Positions 50,908 through 63,700 of a stretch of 64,000 nt of DNA are shown piece after piece. Made by a program: the position numbers and the translations under genes. Under the pieces are notes generated by a model. That model saw nothing but the letters and a program-made list of their open reading frames with translations. It was not told where the DNA came from and did no database searches. Source of the DNA: Nageia nagi (Eukaryota; Plantae; Pinophyta). The first letter of the stretch is position 1. Every line of letters begins with the position of its first letter. Location of the stretch: contig JBITNC010000002.1 of NCBI GenBank assembly GCA_050084985.1, positions 26,970,001 to 27,034,000 of the forward strand. Reading direction: 5' to 3'.

Positions 50908-51720
50908 GGGTCTCCCTCCTCCCTCGCCCTCAGCACTGGCCTCTGTCACCCCCGGACTCCTTCCACGCAGCCTTCTCCCTCGCGCGCAGCGCCGTCGTGC
51001 GCCTTGACTGGCCAGCCTCCTACCAGCCACGATGCGCAGCAGGCTCCTCCCTCTGTCTACTCCCTCCTCGCGCGAGCTGGCCTCACCTCCGGCTGTGTCT
51101 CCCTCCTCTCCTCGCGTGCTCCTCCTCTCAGTAGACCAGACTCCTCTGAGCTACATCCTCCCTCCACATCTCTGCTCCACCATGATCCTCCTCACATGTG
51201 CCATGTGTCAGGAAAACCCACGCTTTGTCTTGTGAAAGGAGCCTCCATGCAAGTCCTCCTCCTTCCCACGGTCAAGGTTGATGGCTGCCCACTCCTTCCA
51301 AGTCACCTTAAATGCCTTAGTTTTTGTTTTTTGACCACCTACATATTTGCACTTCCCAAAAGCAACGTATTTTTTGGTGGAAGAACAAGGGGGTTCATAT
51401 TTTTTTTCCACCTACTAAACATTTAATGCTTATTGACTTAGGCATTTTTTTTAGTTCATAAGGTAGACAAAGCATTCCAAAGCATTTAAAAATTGGGGTA
51501 TGGGTCTCCTATTCCAACTTGCACACATACTTCTTAGGCATTTAATTTTTTACCAGTCAATTGCTCCCATTAAATGCACTTAGGAGCACTTAAAATCATT
51601 TCTTATTTTTCTCCTCCAAATTTAACTGCTTCATTAAAAGGTGCACATGCATAGTAATTTAGTCTAAAGTATGCTATTTTTTTAAGTAAATAAGGGAATT
51701 TTTTTACTTAAAATACATCA

Positions 51721-53410
51721 TTCATAAGTACAAAAAGGATGCAGTTGTGATAGGTGATAATACAGTCCTTGATGTTCACGGAATAGGAAGTGTGAAGATT
51801 CATGGAAAGACTCTTGACAATGTCTTTTATGTGCCTAAACTAAGGATGAATCTCATCTCCGTGATTCAAATTACAAGGAAAGGATGCTCATTTGAGTTTA
51901 CCTCACACTCTTGGTGTGTTAAGAAAGGACTTGCCACTTTGATGAAAGGATCAGTAAAGAATGACCTTTATATTGTGGATCAAGTACCTTCAAAGATTTG
52001 TCTTGCTACAAATGTTTGTTCAAAAGGTAATCTTTGGCATCAACGATTAGGACACCTTAACCACAAGAGTATTCAAGCTATGAAAACTCAAGAACTTGTG
52101 GAAGGTTTACCTAATATTTCACCCACAGTTGGTCTTTGTGAAAGGTGCATTCTAGGAAAGATGCATAGGCAAAAGTTTGAAAAAGATAAGGCAACTCGGG
52201 CTACTTGTCCTCTTCAGCTTGTGCATTCAGATTTGATGGGTCCTTTTCAAACTAAGTCACTAGGTGGAGCTTCTTATGTTCTGACCTTCATTGATGACTT
52301 CAGTAGGATGACATTTGGTTATCTACTTGAGCACAAGGATCAAACTTTTGACAGGTTTCAAGACTTCAAGGCACTTGTTGAAAATCAAACTGATTTTAAG
52401 ATCAAAATGCTGAGATCTGACAATGGGGGTGAATATAATAGCAATGAGTTTAACAACTTTTGTGTTAAACATGGGATTAAGCGACAATTCACAATCCCAT
52501 ACACCCCTCAGCAAAATGGAGTTGCTGAAAGAAAGAATCGCACCATTATGGAAATGGCAAGATGCATGTTGGGTAACCTTCCTAGTTTCTTATGGGGCGA
52601 AGCTGTTCACACTGCTATTCACCACCCTAAATAGGTGTCCTACTAAGGCAGTTGAAGGTAAAACTCCATATGAAGCATGGACAGGAAAGAAACCTAACCT
52701 CTCACACTTCAGAATCTTGGTTGTGATGCATTTGCCTTCATTACCTCAGAGAAAAGGAAGAAGCTAGATAAACGATCAAAAAAATGCATCTTTGTGGGGT
52801 ATGATAATCAGCATAGAGGTTACAGGCTCTACTCTTCATCCCAGAAAATAGTCTTTGTTTCTAGGGATGTTAAGTTCAATGAACTTTCTGAGGATACGAC
52901 CTCTCATGCTGAAATGTCTGATACAGATGATTCTTCGCCTGCACCTAACTGGTTGGATGAGCATGTAGAGAAGTCACCACAAGAGCAAAATTCTCCGGCA
53001 CAGAGAATTACAAGAAGTATGACCTTGAATAAATCCTTATTTGCCAAAATTGATAATATGCATGAGCCATCAACCTTCAAAGAAGCTTCCAAGCAAGAGT
53101 GTTGGATGGAAGCTATGAAAGTTGAGTATGAGGCTCTCATGAAAAATGAAACTTGGGATTTGGTTCCTTATCCCAATGAGAAAAATGTGATTGGCAATAA
53201 ATGGATATACAAGGTCAAGTACAATTCTGATGGAAAAATTGAAAAATACAAGGTAAGGTTAGTAGCCAAAGGATTCGCTCAGAAATATGGTATTGATTAT
53301 GAGGAAACCTTTGCTCCTGTAGCCAAGATGCCTACTGTCAGAGTAATCTTGCTCTTTCTGCAGCTCAAGGATGGAAAGCTTTTCAACTTGATGTCAAAAG
53401 TGCCTTTCTC
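51721..53410 (+). pseudogene. Copia pol fragment (protease C-part, integrase, RT N-part)
   Basis: ORFs 51747-52634 and 52794-53471 with WHQRLGHLN, VHSDLMGP, RSDNGGEY, PQQNGVAERKNRT, KWIYKVK and GIDYEETFAPVAK. No gag or RNase H. Confidence 0.93.
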
Positions 53411-56400
53411 TTACTCTCTCTCTTCTCTCTTCTACGCTCTATCCCAATATTGCATTAAGGGGGAGTGTTAGAATTTGTAATGAAATATTGTGAATATCTA
53501 AACTCCTTGTAAATTCAATTAATCACTTAAAGGTATGTAGATACCTTAAGTGATTAATAGAATTCTTTAATATGTAGACTTTGACTTTACCAAAGGAGTT
53601 AGTTGGTAGGTTGAAGTTTGGTGGTACATTTAATGTAACCCTAACCTTACCCTTGGGTTAAAGGAAGGTTAGGGAGGTGCTCTCAACCTATAAATAGAGG
53701 GCCTCTCCTCATGTAAACATATCTAAGTTTGGAGTAAGATTACTCTACTTGGTTGTGTAGGAGAGAGCTAGAGAATAGTTGTAAGAGAGACATAGATTTG
53801 AGAATAAGAGGACTAGTTGTGGATGTACTCCCAAGGAGGGAGGAACCACATTATATTGGTGTCATATGTGGTGAATGATGTTCTTAGAATTATAGATGTG
53901 TTATCTTGTGTACACATGAGTTTCCTAGTCTAAGGTCCTAGAGGATTTGTTTAGATCTAGTTCAAATCCTTCATAGGTGAGACTCATGACCTCATGATTC
54001 TTAATGGTATCGCTCGGTTTCCCCTAGTCCAAGCACCACACTTGCTTTACGCATGCGGGAGGCACTAGTGTAGTAGATTATATCCTCACTAGCCCATCAC
54101 TCATCTCACATCTTCGTTCCTTCCATGTTGCCCCTATTCCCTCATTAGCTAATCATGCGCCTTTGATCCTCTCTATGGTCAATCTCCATTCACCACCACC
54201 CACAGAGTCCTTTCCCATTCCTATTTCTCCCCACATTACCATTCTTTTCAACATGATATTTAACCCTACCTATAATATGATCTTGTTGCAGAAACTTTCC
54301 AATATTCACTCACTCTCCTTGGTAGAGGATCAGGCACTCCACCTAGCTAAGTCCCTTCGTTCTGCAGCAATCCAGGCCTTTCCTCATAAACTTTGCCTCA
54401 TATTCCATCTTCGCCCTCCTAATCATTACCAATGAACCTTTGGTTCAATTTAGATTGTAAGGTGTTCCATCGCCATCTTCGTCATTCCATAAACCTCAAC
54501 CCACAATCCCCCTCCACCATCTCCCTCCACCAAGATTATCGATGCCTCCTCAGGACTAAGAAACATCATTTCTTAGCTAAAAGAAGGTTAGAGGTCATCT
54601 CTTCCCTTCGTTCCAATCCAAAAGCATTTTAAACACTCCTTCCTTCCCAAGAATCATATCACTAGCTTCATCTCTCTTCATGCGTGGAAGGAGTATGCTT
54701 TCCACCTTTATACCATCATTGATCAGGACCCACCCATCTGCTTCAGTTGACCTTCCTCTTCAGCTTTCTTCACTCCACCTCTCATCAACGTCGCCATCTA
54801 GAAGTTGAACTCTGGTAAAGCCCCATATACTGAGAACCTCTGAGCTGAATTCCTTAAGCATGCCAAATCCACCCTCCCTCCATTCCTCTCAATGCTTTTC
54901 AACAAAGCTATTTGTTTGGATTTTCCTTCCTCTTCCACCTCCAACATCATCCATCCTATTTTCAAATCCAACATTCCTTACAACTACCATACTATTATGA
55001 TTGGTCACACCTTAGCCAAGATCTATGCCATGGTTGTTGAGATGTATCTGTCTCATATGGCTAATGAGAGAGGGTTCAGAGAAAGAGGACAAGTAAGAAT
55101 TTTGTAGAGATCACTGCACCTCAAACCACATCTTCACCTTCAAGATGATTATTGAAGAGGCTTGATTATGAAAATCACCTATATTTTGCTGCTTTGTAGA
55201 CTTTCAAAAGGCCTTTGATATGTTTCCTAGACATAGACTCTTGGATCGTCTTCGATGATTGGGGGTGTTGGAGCCAAGGATTGAAGTCATTATGACTCTA
55301 TATGAGATACTTATAGGTCGTGTTCGTACTCCTAAGGGGGGGCTTTCAAAGTACATTCTTAGCATATTGGAGTGAAGCAAGGTTGCCCTTTATCCTCGAC
55401 TTTATTTGGCCTTTTCATTGACAAGTTGGAGTCCTTTATCTTTGAGACTACAAGCGTAGAGGTGGGTGGCCTCCTCCATGGCAGTCACATCCCACTCTTG
55501 CTCTTCATCGATGATATTATTTTGATATCACACGTAGTTATAGGTATTCAAAGTTTGGTTGATGCTTTAGACACTTTTAGCAGTCAACGAGAACTTGAAG
55601 TGAACTTTAGTAAGACTAAGGTAATGGCTTTCAATGTTTCAAAAGCCACCTCAGATCAGACACAGATCTCCTTTCGTAGGAGCCTCATCAAGACTCCTCC
55701 TACACATATTTGGGAGTTTTATTTACAGAACCTAAGTTCTCTATGAGGGTTGCAGCTCCACCTTGTGTCCAATGAGGATATGCAACAGTTTCTACTTTAG
55801 AGCAATAGTGCATTCATCTTCATTTCCAGGGCCTCCAATCCAAGTTAGAGTTATTCCAGACTCTTATCACACCTGTAGTATTATATGGAGTAGAGATATG
55901 GGGCCCTAGTTTGAGAGCAGCAGACTAGATAAAGATCAAGAGGATTTTAGTCTCTTTCCTCTCTCATTTTATCTAGAGCAAGAGATCCATTCCACACGAT
56001 ATCATACTTGTAGAGTTTGGTTGTCAGTCTCTCTAGATTGGGGTAGTAGCCTCCACGATACTCTTTCTATAATGCCTCCAACGTTTACTAAGTTCTTCAA
56101 ACTAGAGTCATGTTCCTGCTTGACTCCCAGCCAGAGCTTTAGCCTCCTTGATGGAGTTAGTAGCCTAGGGTTGCAGACGTTATTGGTTCATTGAGGTTTT
56201 TGAGATGCTTCAAAAGTTTGACTTCTCATCGGATTGTCTTCCCCCTCCCTCCGAGAGGATGTCAAGGACCACGGATGACCCTTTGTCGTTGATCCAACAA
56301 TTGATCTATAGGGCCTTCATTCAATCCACCTGGGTTTCCCCTTGCAGCCTTTGACACCCAAGTTATATAATTTGTAAAACATTTTCTTCATATCGATAGG

Positions 56401-57658
56401 GGATTGATCACTCCTTGGGGTTACATCAGTCTACACCTTCCTTTGGGGTTGAGAATGGCCCTTGGTTAATTCAGATTCTACTCACACCAGCTACATTTGG
56501 AATCAAATCATCACATATCTAGGGATTTGAGAATTTAATGCCTTTGTTAGCTAGAGATTGAGTTTGAGGAGCATTTTATTTTCAGATGCTCGATCTATTA
56601 CAAGATTAGAGGTCGCTATCATTACCTTTTTCAGGATGCACATAGTTCATTAGTCTCCTTCATACAGTATCTAGATCAACGTTGACTTGCCCTATACTTT
56701 CAAGAGACCTTCCTTCTTCAAAAGCGTCTCTTAGCATGCACAGCAACCTAGGAAGAAACGACAGATCACATTCTTCTTTAGAGCCTCTTCCCCAAAGGGT
56801 ATTTATCAGAGGCATCGAGAGTAGCAACCACTCCCTCTCCGTCAGACTAGGAGACGCACTCATGTTTCCCAGGTCCTATTGAGGGAGCATCAGATTACTT
56901 CTTTCTTCTCTAACATTAATCTTTCTGACGTCCCTTCGAAGGCCCCTCAAGACAACCCCTTGATATTGTGGATTTTGTACAACCTGTCCTAATATATATT
57001 ATTTTTATTAAATATAAATAAAATATAACAAATAAATTAATAAAAATAAAATATAAAAAAGTTATTTACTATCAATAATAATAATTTATTATGTATTAAA
57101 TGATTTATTATATTTTATTTTTATTAATTTAAATAGTATATATTTATATTTAATTAATAGTTAATATATAAATTATATTATTTTTAGTTTAATAGAGGTT
57201 TTCTTATTCTATATTTATTTGTTTTTTTTTTATATTTTTATCTTTAAAAATATTTTAATAGTATGCAAAATTACATAAATATTTTCTCAAAAAAATTAAA
57301 TATAATAGACTATGCTTGATGAATAACAAGCTCTACCATGAAATATAAAATAAAAATGATGAACTATATTTTAAATACAAATACAAGTTGAGAAGTGTTT
57401 AGAGTTCCTCATATATAGAAACCTTATAGTCATAATGCTTACACTCCATATATATGGTTATTGTATATAAATAATAAATATGTCAAAATTCAATAAAAAT
57501 AAAGATTTTCAATATTGTCGTCAGTTACATTTGTACAACAATTATATAATATTCTTCAATTTTTATGTTATCTATGAATTATTTATTTTTCAATATAGCG
57601 GTCCACCTATGGTGATCTGTTGGAGGTCCTCTTGTTGCTATCATCTTTCAATAAAAAC

Positions 57659-57818
57659 TACTAGCTTTGATATAACCCCTTATATATAAAAAAAACGCCA
57701 AGAGATATCATTTCGAGGTGCCTATCTTGGATATAGCAATACCAAGAAATGAGATAGGCACCTCGAAATGATATCTCTCAGCATTTTTGATATATAAAGA
57801 GTTATATCAAAGCTAGTA
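57659..57818. mobile_element. Fold-back / MITE-like element (~160 bp)
   Basis: Terminal inverted repeat TACTAGCTTTGATATAAC / GTTATATCAAAGCTAGTA plus a perfect 27-bp inner inverted repeat AGAGATATCATTTCGAGGTGCCTATCT. Confidence 0.8.
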
Positions 57819-57980
57819 TAAAATCAGATCAAGATCCTCATTAATTGAGGTAAATTCGGTACTATATGCTATTTGCTTATACTATTTGCACTAATAAATA
57901 CACGCCACATTTATGTATTGATATACGCAACAATAGTATTGTTATGTACTGATACATGCAACAATAGTATTGTTTCACTT

Positions 57981-58424
57981 CTAGCCATGGAGAAGTCTCA
58001 CCAAACTATCAATATATTGCATTTCAGATCCCAAACGTTCCTCATCCTCGCCCAATATTTTATTCCTGAACAAATCTTTCATCCCAGCAGCCTTCTCTCT
58101 CACAAGTCTCCCTTCTTCTTCAACTAATGCAGTCCTAACAGCGTTGCAAACATCACATCCCCTAAAACAACCATCACTCCCTCTCTCAACTTCCACAGCA
58201 ACCTGCAATTCCTCCACAACAAGTCTCGCATTCAATCCCTGATCCAAATGCATCGGCAGCACAATCAGAGGCAATCCGGTGGCCATTCCCTCCGTGATGG
58301 AATTCCACCCGCAATGCGTCAAAAATGCTCTTGTACACGGATGACACAAAATCTCCACCTGAGGTGCCCATCCACTCAATACCGATCCTCTCTCCGCAAT
58401 TCGACCTTCAAATCCTCCGGCAAA
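57981..58424 (-). pseudogene. UDP-glycosyltransferase (family 1) C-terminal fragment
   Basis: PSPG box WAPQVEILCHPCTRAFLTHCGWNSITEGMATGLPLIVLPMHLDQ, followed by GLNARLV. The upstream LPEGF motif has lost one base and no N-terminal domain is visible. Confidence 0.88.
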
Positions 58425-58667
58425 AATTATATAATAAGTACAGTCATTACTTACCATTTCTTACAATAGTTTCCTTAATATGTTTTCAATATATCAGTCA
58501 GCTATATAATTTTAATTTTAAAAAAATTATTTTCCCGCCAATTGTTTAACGAACGGACTCACATGCGATATTTTGCTTCCCCACTCCACCCCATGTTGCA
58601 GCTGTAGAAATGTCTCTCGACATAATAATAAATAAATAAATTTTATATATATATATTCGTGATTTAG

Positions 58668-59220
58668 CAAAACGGAGATCCCCTAAACGTCTACTAGGCA
58701 AGAAAACTGTTGAATAGTTATTTTTTTCAGTTTTTTAATTATAGTTTTTATTTTATTGGAATGACGAAGTCCAAGGAGAGCTTGGGAAGGAGACATGGCC
58801 CTTGCTCACAAGATAAGGTCAGTTGTATTTCAAAAATAATAATAATAATTTACGCAAAAATTAGCGAATAATATTAAAAATGTTTATTTTATTGAATTTT
58901 TAAAAATATTTTATCGATCATATACAATAAACAATGTCTTATATTTCATTTTCATGTTCCCAACGCAGATCCCCATAAAACGTGTATAAGGCAAGAAAAA
59001 CGTCTCGTGAATAGATTCTTTTCTTTTTTAATTATAATTTTTATTGACCGAGTCCAAGGAGAGTTTGGAAATTGAAAGATGGCAGCAACAAGAAGGCCTC
59101 GAACAGCTATATTGAAAAATTAATAATTCATAGATAACATAAAATTAAAGAATATTAAATAATTGTTGTACAAATGTAACTAACGAGTATATTAAAAAAC
59201 TTTATTTTTATTGATTTTTT
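58668..59220. repeat. Diverged ~290-bp tandem duplication
   Basis: AGATCCCC.AAACGT..AGGCAAGAAAA..AGTCCAAGGAGAG.TTGG occurs at ~58670-58790 and ~58960-59070. Confidence 0.65.
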
Positions 59221-59367
59221 TAACATTCCATTGAGGCCGATGGCCCTCAACTTGTACAAATAAGGTTTAGTTTTAATCTAAATCGGATATAAAGAAGGAA
59301 GTTACAATAAAGTTTAAAGGATATTTGAAGAGAGAGCAAGGGTTTTTGATTGCATACATGTTATCTC

Positions 59368-59603
59368 GGGTTTCTTTTACAACTTCTTGTTACACAAAAT
59401 TTTATTAGTTTCCATGTTGGATACATCTTAGTTGGTATATTATAGCATTTACTCTATCTTAGGTGGTGCTCCACTATCTATTTCATGGGTTTCTTTTACA
59501 ACTTCTTGTTACACAATTTTATTAGTTTCCATGTTGGATACATCTTAGTTGGTATATTATAGCATTTACTCTACCTTAGGTGGTGCTCCACCATCTATTT
59601 CAT
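59368..59603. repeat. ~118-bp near-perfect tandem duplication
   Basis: GGGTTTCTTTTACAACTTCTTG..CTATTTCAT starts at 59368 and 59487. Confidence 0.9.
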
Positions 59604-60703
59604 GGCATCTGGTCACTCCGTAACTTCATCTTATTTTGAAGTTATTAGAGCTTAGAATGGTGACTATGCAAAAACCCTGCAAATCTATGCCTAAAGTATA
59701 CCATGAGGTAATATTTTAGCTTGTGATGTTGTTATTCCTTTGTCTAAATTTGATAATGTGTGTCATTGGCTTGAAGACCATACTCTGATAAGATATTTCC
59801 TAGGATGTATCCCCAACAATACTTTGATCCGTGGATGGATTTAACATTCTTGGCAACCCTATGGTGTTAAAGTTGAGGGTATCAAAAACTTGACCAATGT
59901 TTTTTTCTCTTTTTCGCTTTGTTGATGTTCAACATGTTTTGAAGTGTGGTCCTTGGTATGTACGTAGCCCCTCCTCATTTTCTAACAATGGACAAAGGAT
60001 TTCTCGATTGAGGATGATATGTCCTTGAAAGTCTTAGTTTGGGTTGAGTTTCCTAACTTACCTATGGCTCTTTGGTCATTCCTTCAATCTTTAGTCTCTC
60101 CCTCAAGGAAGTATGTTTGGATGGAGAAAATGAAATTTTATTCTATGCAATCTAATAAATGATTTTGGGTCAAGGTAGATCTTTCTAAAGATCTTAAAGA
60201 CCATATTGAGTTATAGATTGGGGATATAAAAATGGCTTAGTAGGTTACTTAGATCAATTTGTCCAATAATTGTTACAATTATCAATTTGTAGACTATAAG
60301 ATAAAAGATTTCCCACTTATGGTTGGTAAATTCAAATCTAGTACATGTAACCCTCACACTAATCATATTGGCACGAATGAGGGAGGAAATAAAGGAACCT
60401 AAGAGGAATGGGTTACGATAACAAATTGCAAGCCTTGTCAAGCCTTCTCAACCCTTATAGTTGATAGGGCCTAATGTCATTCTATAAGCATGGCCAATAG
60501 GGCCCTCTATTACCTCCCATCCCAATCATAAGTTCTTTATAATTATCAATCCCTTCTAAATTCTTCTAGGGTTTCTTATGAGTAGTATGTCAGTTCAATC
60601 TAATTAAGGCCAAAGGTTTATTCTTCTTCAAAAATCAAGCAAATACCATTGAAGGAATTGTCACCCTTCCCTCTGAGTTTGACATCTCTAAGCCATTTTC
60701 AAG
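59604..60703 (+). mobile_element. L1-type LINE ORF1 relic, related to the LINE at 23570, cut by the CACTA element
   Basis: CHWLEDHTLIRYFLGCIPNNTLIRGWI*HSWQPYGVKVEGIKNLTNVFF parallels the 23.8/33.1-kb LINE. Also VWVEFPNLP and WVKVDLSKDL. Confidence 0.8.
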
Positions 60704-63700
60704 CACTACTACCAAAAGGTCAATTTGCATCCTTTTTTGCATCTTCAATCATGAAAAATGACATTAATTTGCATCCTTCTATGTTGACATACATTAAAAC
60801 TTTTTTTTATTTTTCATTTATTTTTTATGTTAAAATGGACGCAAAAATAGTGCAAAAAGAGACACCAAAGGATGTAAAAATTGATGCAAATTTGGACACA
60901 AATTTTGCATCGTAATCTAAAACCAAAATGGGTGAAAAATGGATTTTCGAGATTGCCTAAGGCATTAAGATGGAAATTCTGACACCTTTTTGTGTCGAAA
61001 AAACTTAAATAAGGAAAAAAAATTGAAGTCATTTTTACTGTGAGATTCGACTACCAACTTGGACATTCATCATTCTAAGCTCAAGTTCTCGTAAGAAGTT
61101 TCATACCCTCCTAAGCTTATTTTCTCATTCAAGAAAATAGGCACTAAAGCTTGTTATGTGATACATTCTCAATACTTAGGTTTTATCCCTTTATGTTCCT
61201 TTCAATTATATTTATCTTATATATCCATCCTTAAGATCTAGGTTTTAACTTTAATTCATCACAACATACTTTAGCTTATTAGCCAACCCAAATGATAGGT
61301 TATGTAAGATGAAGGTTTTTTTTGAAGGGTTCACACTCTATGTGTTAGCCTATTCCACCATCCTTGATTTTTGTTATTCCTCTTTCCAACATAAACTTAA
61401 CCTTAATACCACAAAGCATTAAGTTAATATTATTATCTTAATTTATCACTATATGAGTTCATAGTAACCTTATCTTGGTAACTATAATTTTCAATCCCAT
61501 TGCTCAATAAAGTATGATCTCATGCTTTTGTACTATCACACCAATAGTTCTATTGCCTTTAAAAGCACAAATTGCACATTCATAAATATCAATCATACAC
61601 CATATTATTGATGCTTGCTTATTTCAAATATTTAATAATCATAATTATCATTTTAGTAAAAATATCAATTCAAGCTTATCTTCATTATTCCATTGTGCTC
61701 TTTTTGTAAATATATCATTTGCAATTATTTACATGGAGTTAAATATAAATAATTAAGTATATTTAAGCATGTACTGAAACTAAGCACAACTCATGAAGCA
61801 TTCATAGATCATACCAAGAGTAATTAAAGCATTCATAGATCATACCACAAGCAACGAGCAAGATATACATATGAAAAATTCAAGATACATATGAGAAGTA
61901 TATCAATTACAATATTATCATTGCAAATTGTCTTCCTTATCAAGACATACAATATGTTCTCCTCTAGGATTACGTTCAATTACAAACTACTTTTTATCAT
62001 CATTAATATTTGGGATGAAATATATTTGACTGCAATGTTACGATAAAGTATAAGGCTCTCTGTTGTCAGGTAAAATGTGTGTGGAGTCAATTGCAAAGTA
62101 GTCATTAGGTCTATCATAAAATATTCTTCTTCTATCAAGTGTGTCAAACCACTTACATTTAAATATCACACACTGGAATGCCCTATAATCCAATTGTATA
62201 ATTTCTTAAAAATTTTCAACATATTTTACTTTTCCTTGTATCAAATTTGTATCTCTTGAACTTGCATGAGTTTCTTGATCAAAATTAGCCATCACTCTAG
62301 AGTCAAATGTCGTTCTTCTCCCATCATTCTTTTCTATTTTGAAGTGTTGACCATATACGCACATTGCAGGGAAAGAAAGTGCCTGTACCTATTTACACAA
62401 AAAATGTTATTAGTACTTGCACATATTTACATGAAAATTGAAGTCTTATAAAAATATTAATAAAAATAATTACCTCAAACTTGTATCCTATAGTGATATT
62501 TAATGCATTTTGATCATAGTCATCTATTTTTCCTCCTACAGCTTATTATTTCATTTCAATTTCATTCTTCATCCATGACCTTGGACATTCTTGTGGACAA
62601 TTTTCCTCTCTTATATTTTCAGGTACACTAGATGTACCCCTTTGATTCTGTATGTGAAAAAAGGTACCTTCTTATTCAATTTTCCTTATTTTAATTTATT
62701 ACAACTCAATCCAATTTTTGCAACATGCATAATGCATCATGATAAATCAGTTTATAGATTCCTGAAGGTCATAATCTATAAATTCACAATGCTATAATAC
62801 ATACTTGTTAGCTAGAAATTAAGTATTAGTACAATTTGTAAATCCAAAATGCATGTACATATCTAAAACATAGTTAATACCTTTAAAAGAATACAATGTT
62901 CCACCTCTTTCTAAGACCTCCCCTTCTAATTTCTCATTGTCTTTGCTTGCATTCCACATCTTTGGGGCAGAAGCATCTATTTGGGAAAGATACTTGCATA
63001 AAAAAAGATTCTTATACAATGTATCCTTGTCCCATAGATCCTTCTAGTCATGAATATTGTCTAACAAAACTCTTCAACACTTTCAAAAATATCTTCACAA
63101 AAAATATGTTTCTAGCACTCATAACACCTGCCATGTAAATATCATATATGAGGTGGATCAATAGGTGCACTTGTATGTCCATAAAAGTAGGTGGTAATTC
63201 ATTTTCTAATTTGTTGATAATTTCAACAATTTCTCTATGCCATTGATCTATTGCAACTGCATGTGTCTCCTTTGAAGATAACCACCTGTTCATGAAAATA
63301 TAATATTATCAAAATATTACATATTAAAATGCATAAAATATTAGAAAATAATAATAAATGCATGCTATATTATTTTTCATAGAGTCAAACTATAACATGG
63401 CATACCTTAGAAATAATGATAGTTGATCAATTGCATGTCTAAGATCAAAAGGTAGACCACCACATCCATGAATTGCAATTGGAAAAATATGTTGTAGAAA
63501 GTATGAATGTAAATATAGCAAGTTTTTTTTTATAGAAAATGTGAAAAACATAATATGAGATCAATACCTTCATGGAGTTGTGATAATCATGAGTCTTGAA
63601 TCTTGTGATTTTACCATTAATACTAAATGCACTTCTTAGAGGTGGTCTATAATTTATTGGTGTTTTGATATTTTAAATAAGTTTGGTGTAACTTTTCCAC

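Larger units (their letters stand above)
49125..53973 (+). mobile_element. Ty1/copia 'B': internally deleted sister of copia A (4.85 kb)
   Basis: TG..CA ends, TSD TAGGT on both sides, LTRs at 49125-49618 and 53466-53973, degenerate PBS, PPT AAGGGGGAG. The pol segment is collinear with A. Confidence 0.93.
47150..56990 (+). mobile_element. Near full-length RTEX-like (non-L1) LINE, interrupted by copia B
   Basis: GC-rich leader and coiled-coil ORF1 (47628-48470, ..LNLHIRGL..FIDEDLT). ORF2 endonuclease: RGVAFLI, GCYFPP, DEFNGRTG, ILNG..SVVDYIL, NHAPL. RT: NYHTIMIGHTLAKIY, FVDFQKAFD, GVKQGCPLSSTLFGLFID, LFIDD, VNFSKTKVM. C-terminus FRFYSHQLHLE..C..EEHFIFRCSIYYKIR. Ends approximate. Confidence 0.82.

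Noticed and set aside
50314-51426. Cluster of overlapping 60-140-aa ORFs on both strands
   Set aside because: A consequence of high GC content in the copia leader; no coherent protein beyond the PPR snippets.
12399-58424. Biosynthetic gene cluster (acetyltransferase, DFR-like reductase, dioxygenase, UGT)
   Set aside because: Only TBL is intact. The others are a single captured exon, a pseudogene and a fragment, from unrelated pathways.
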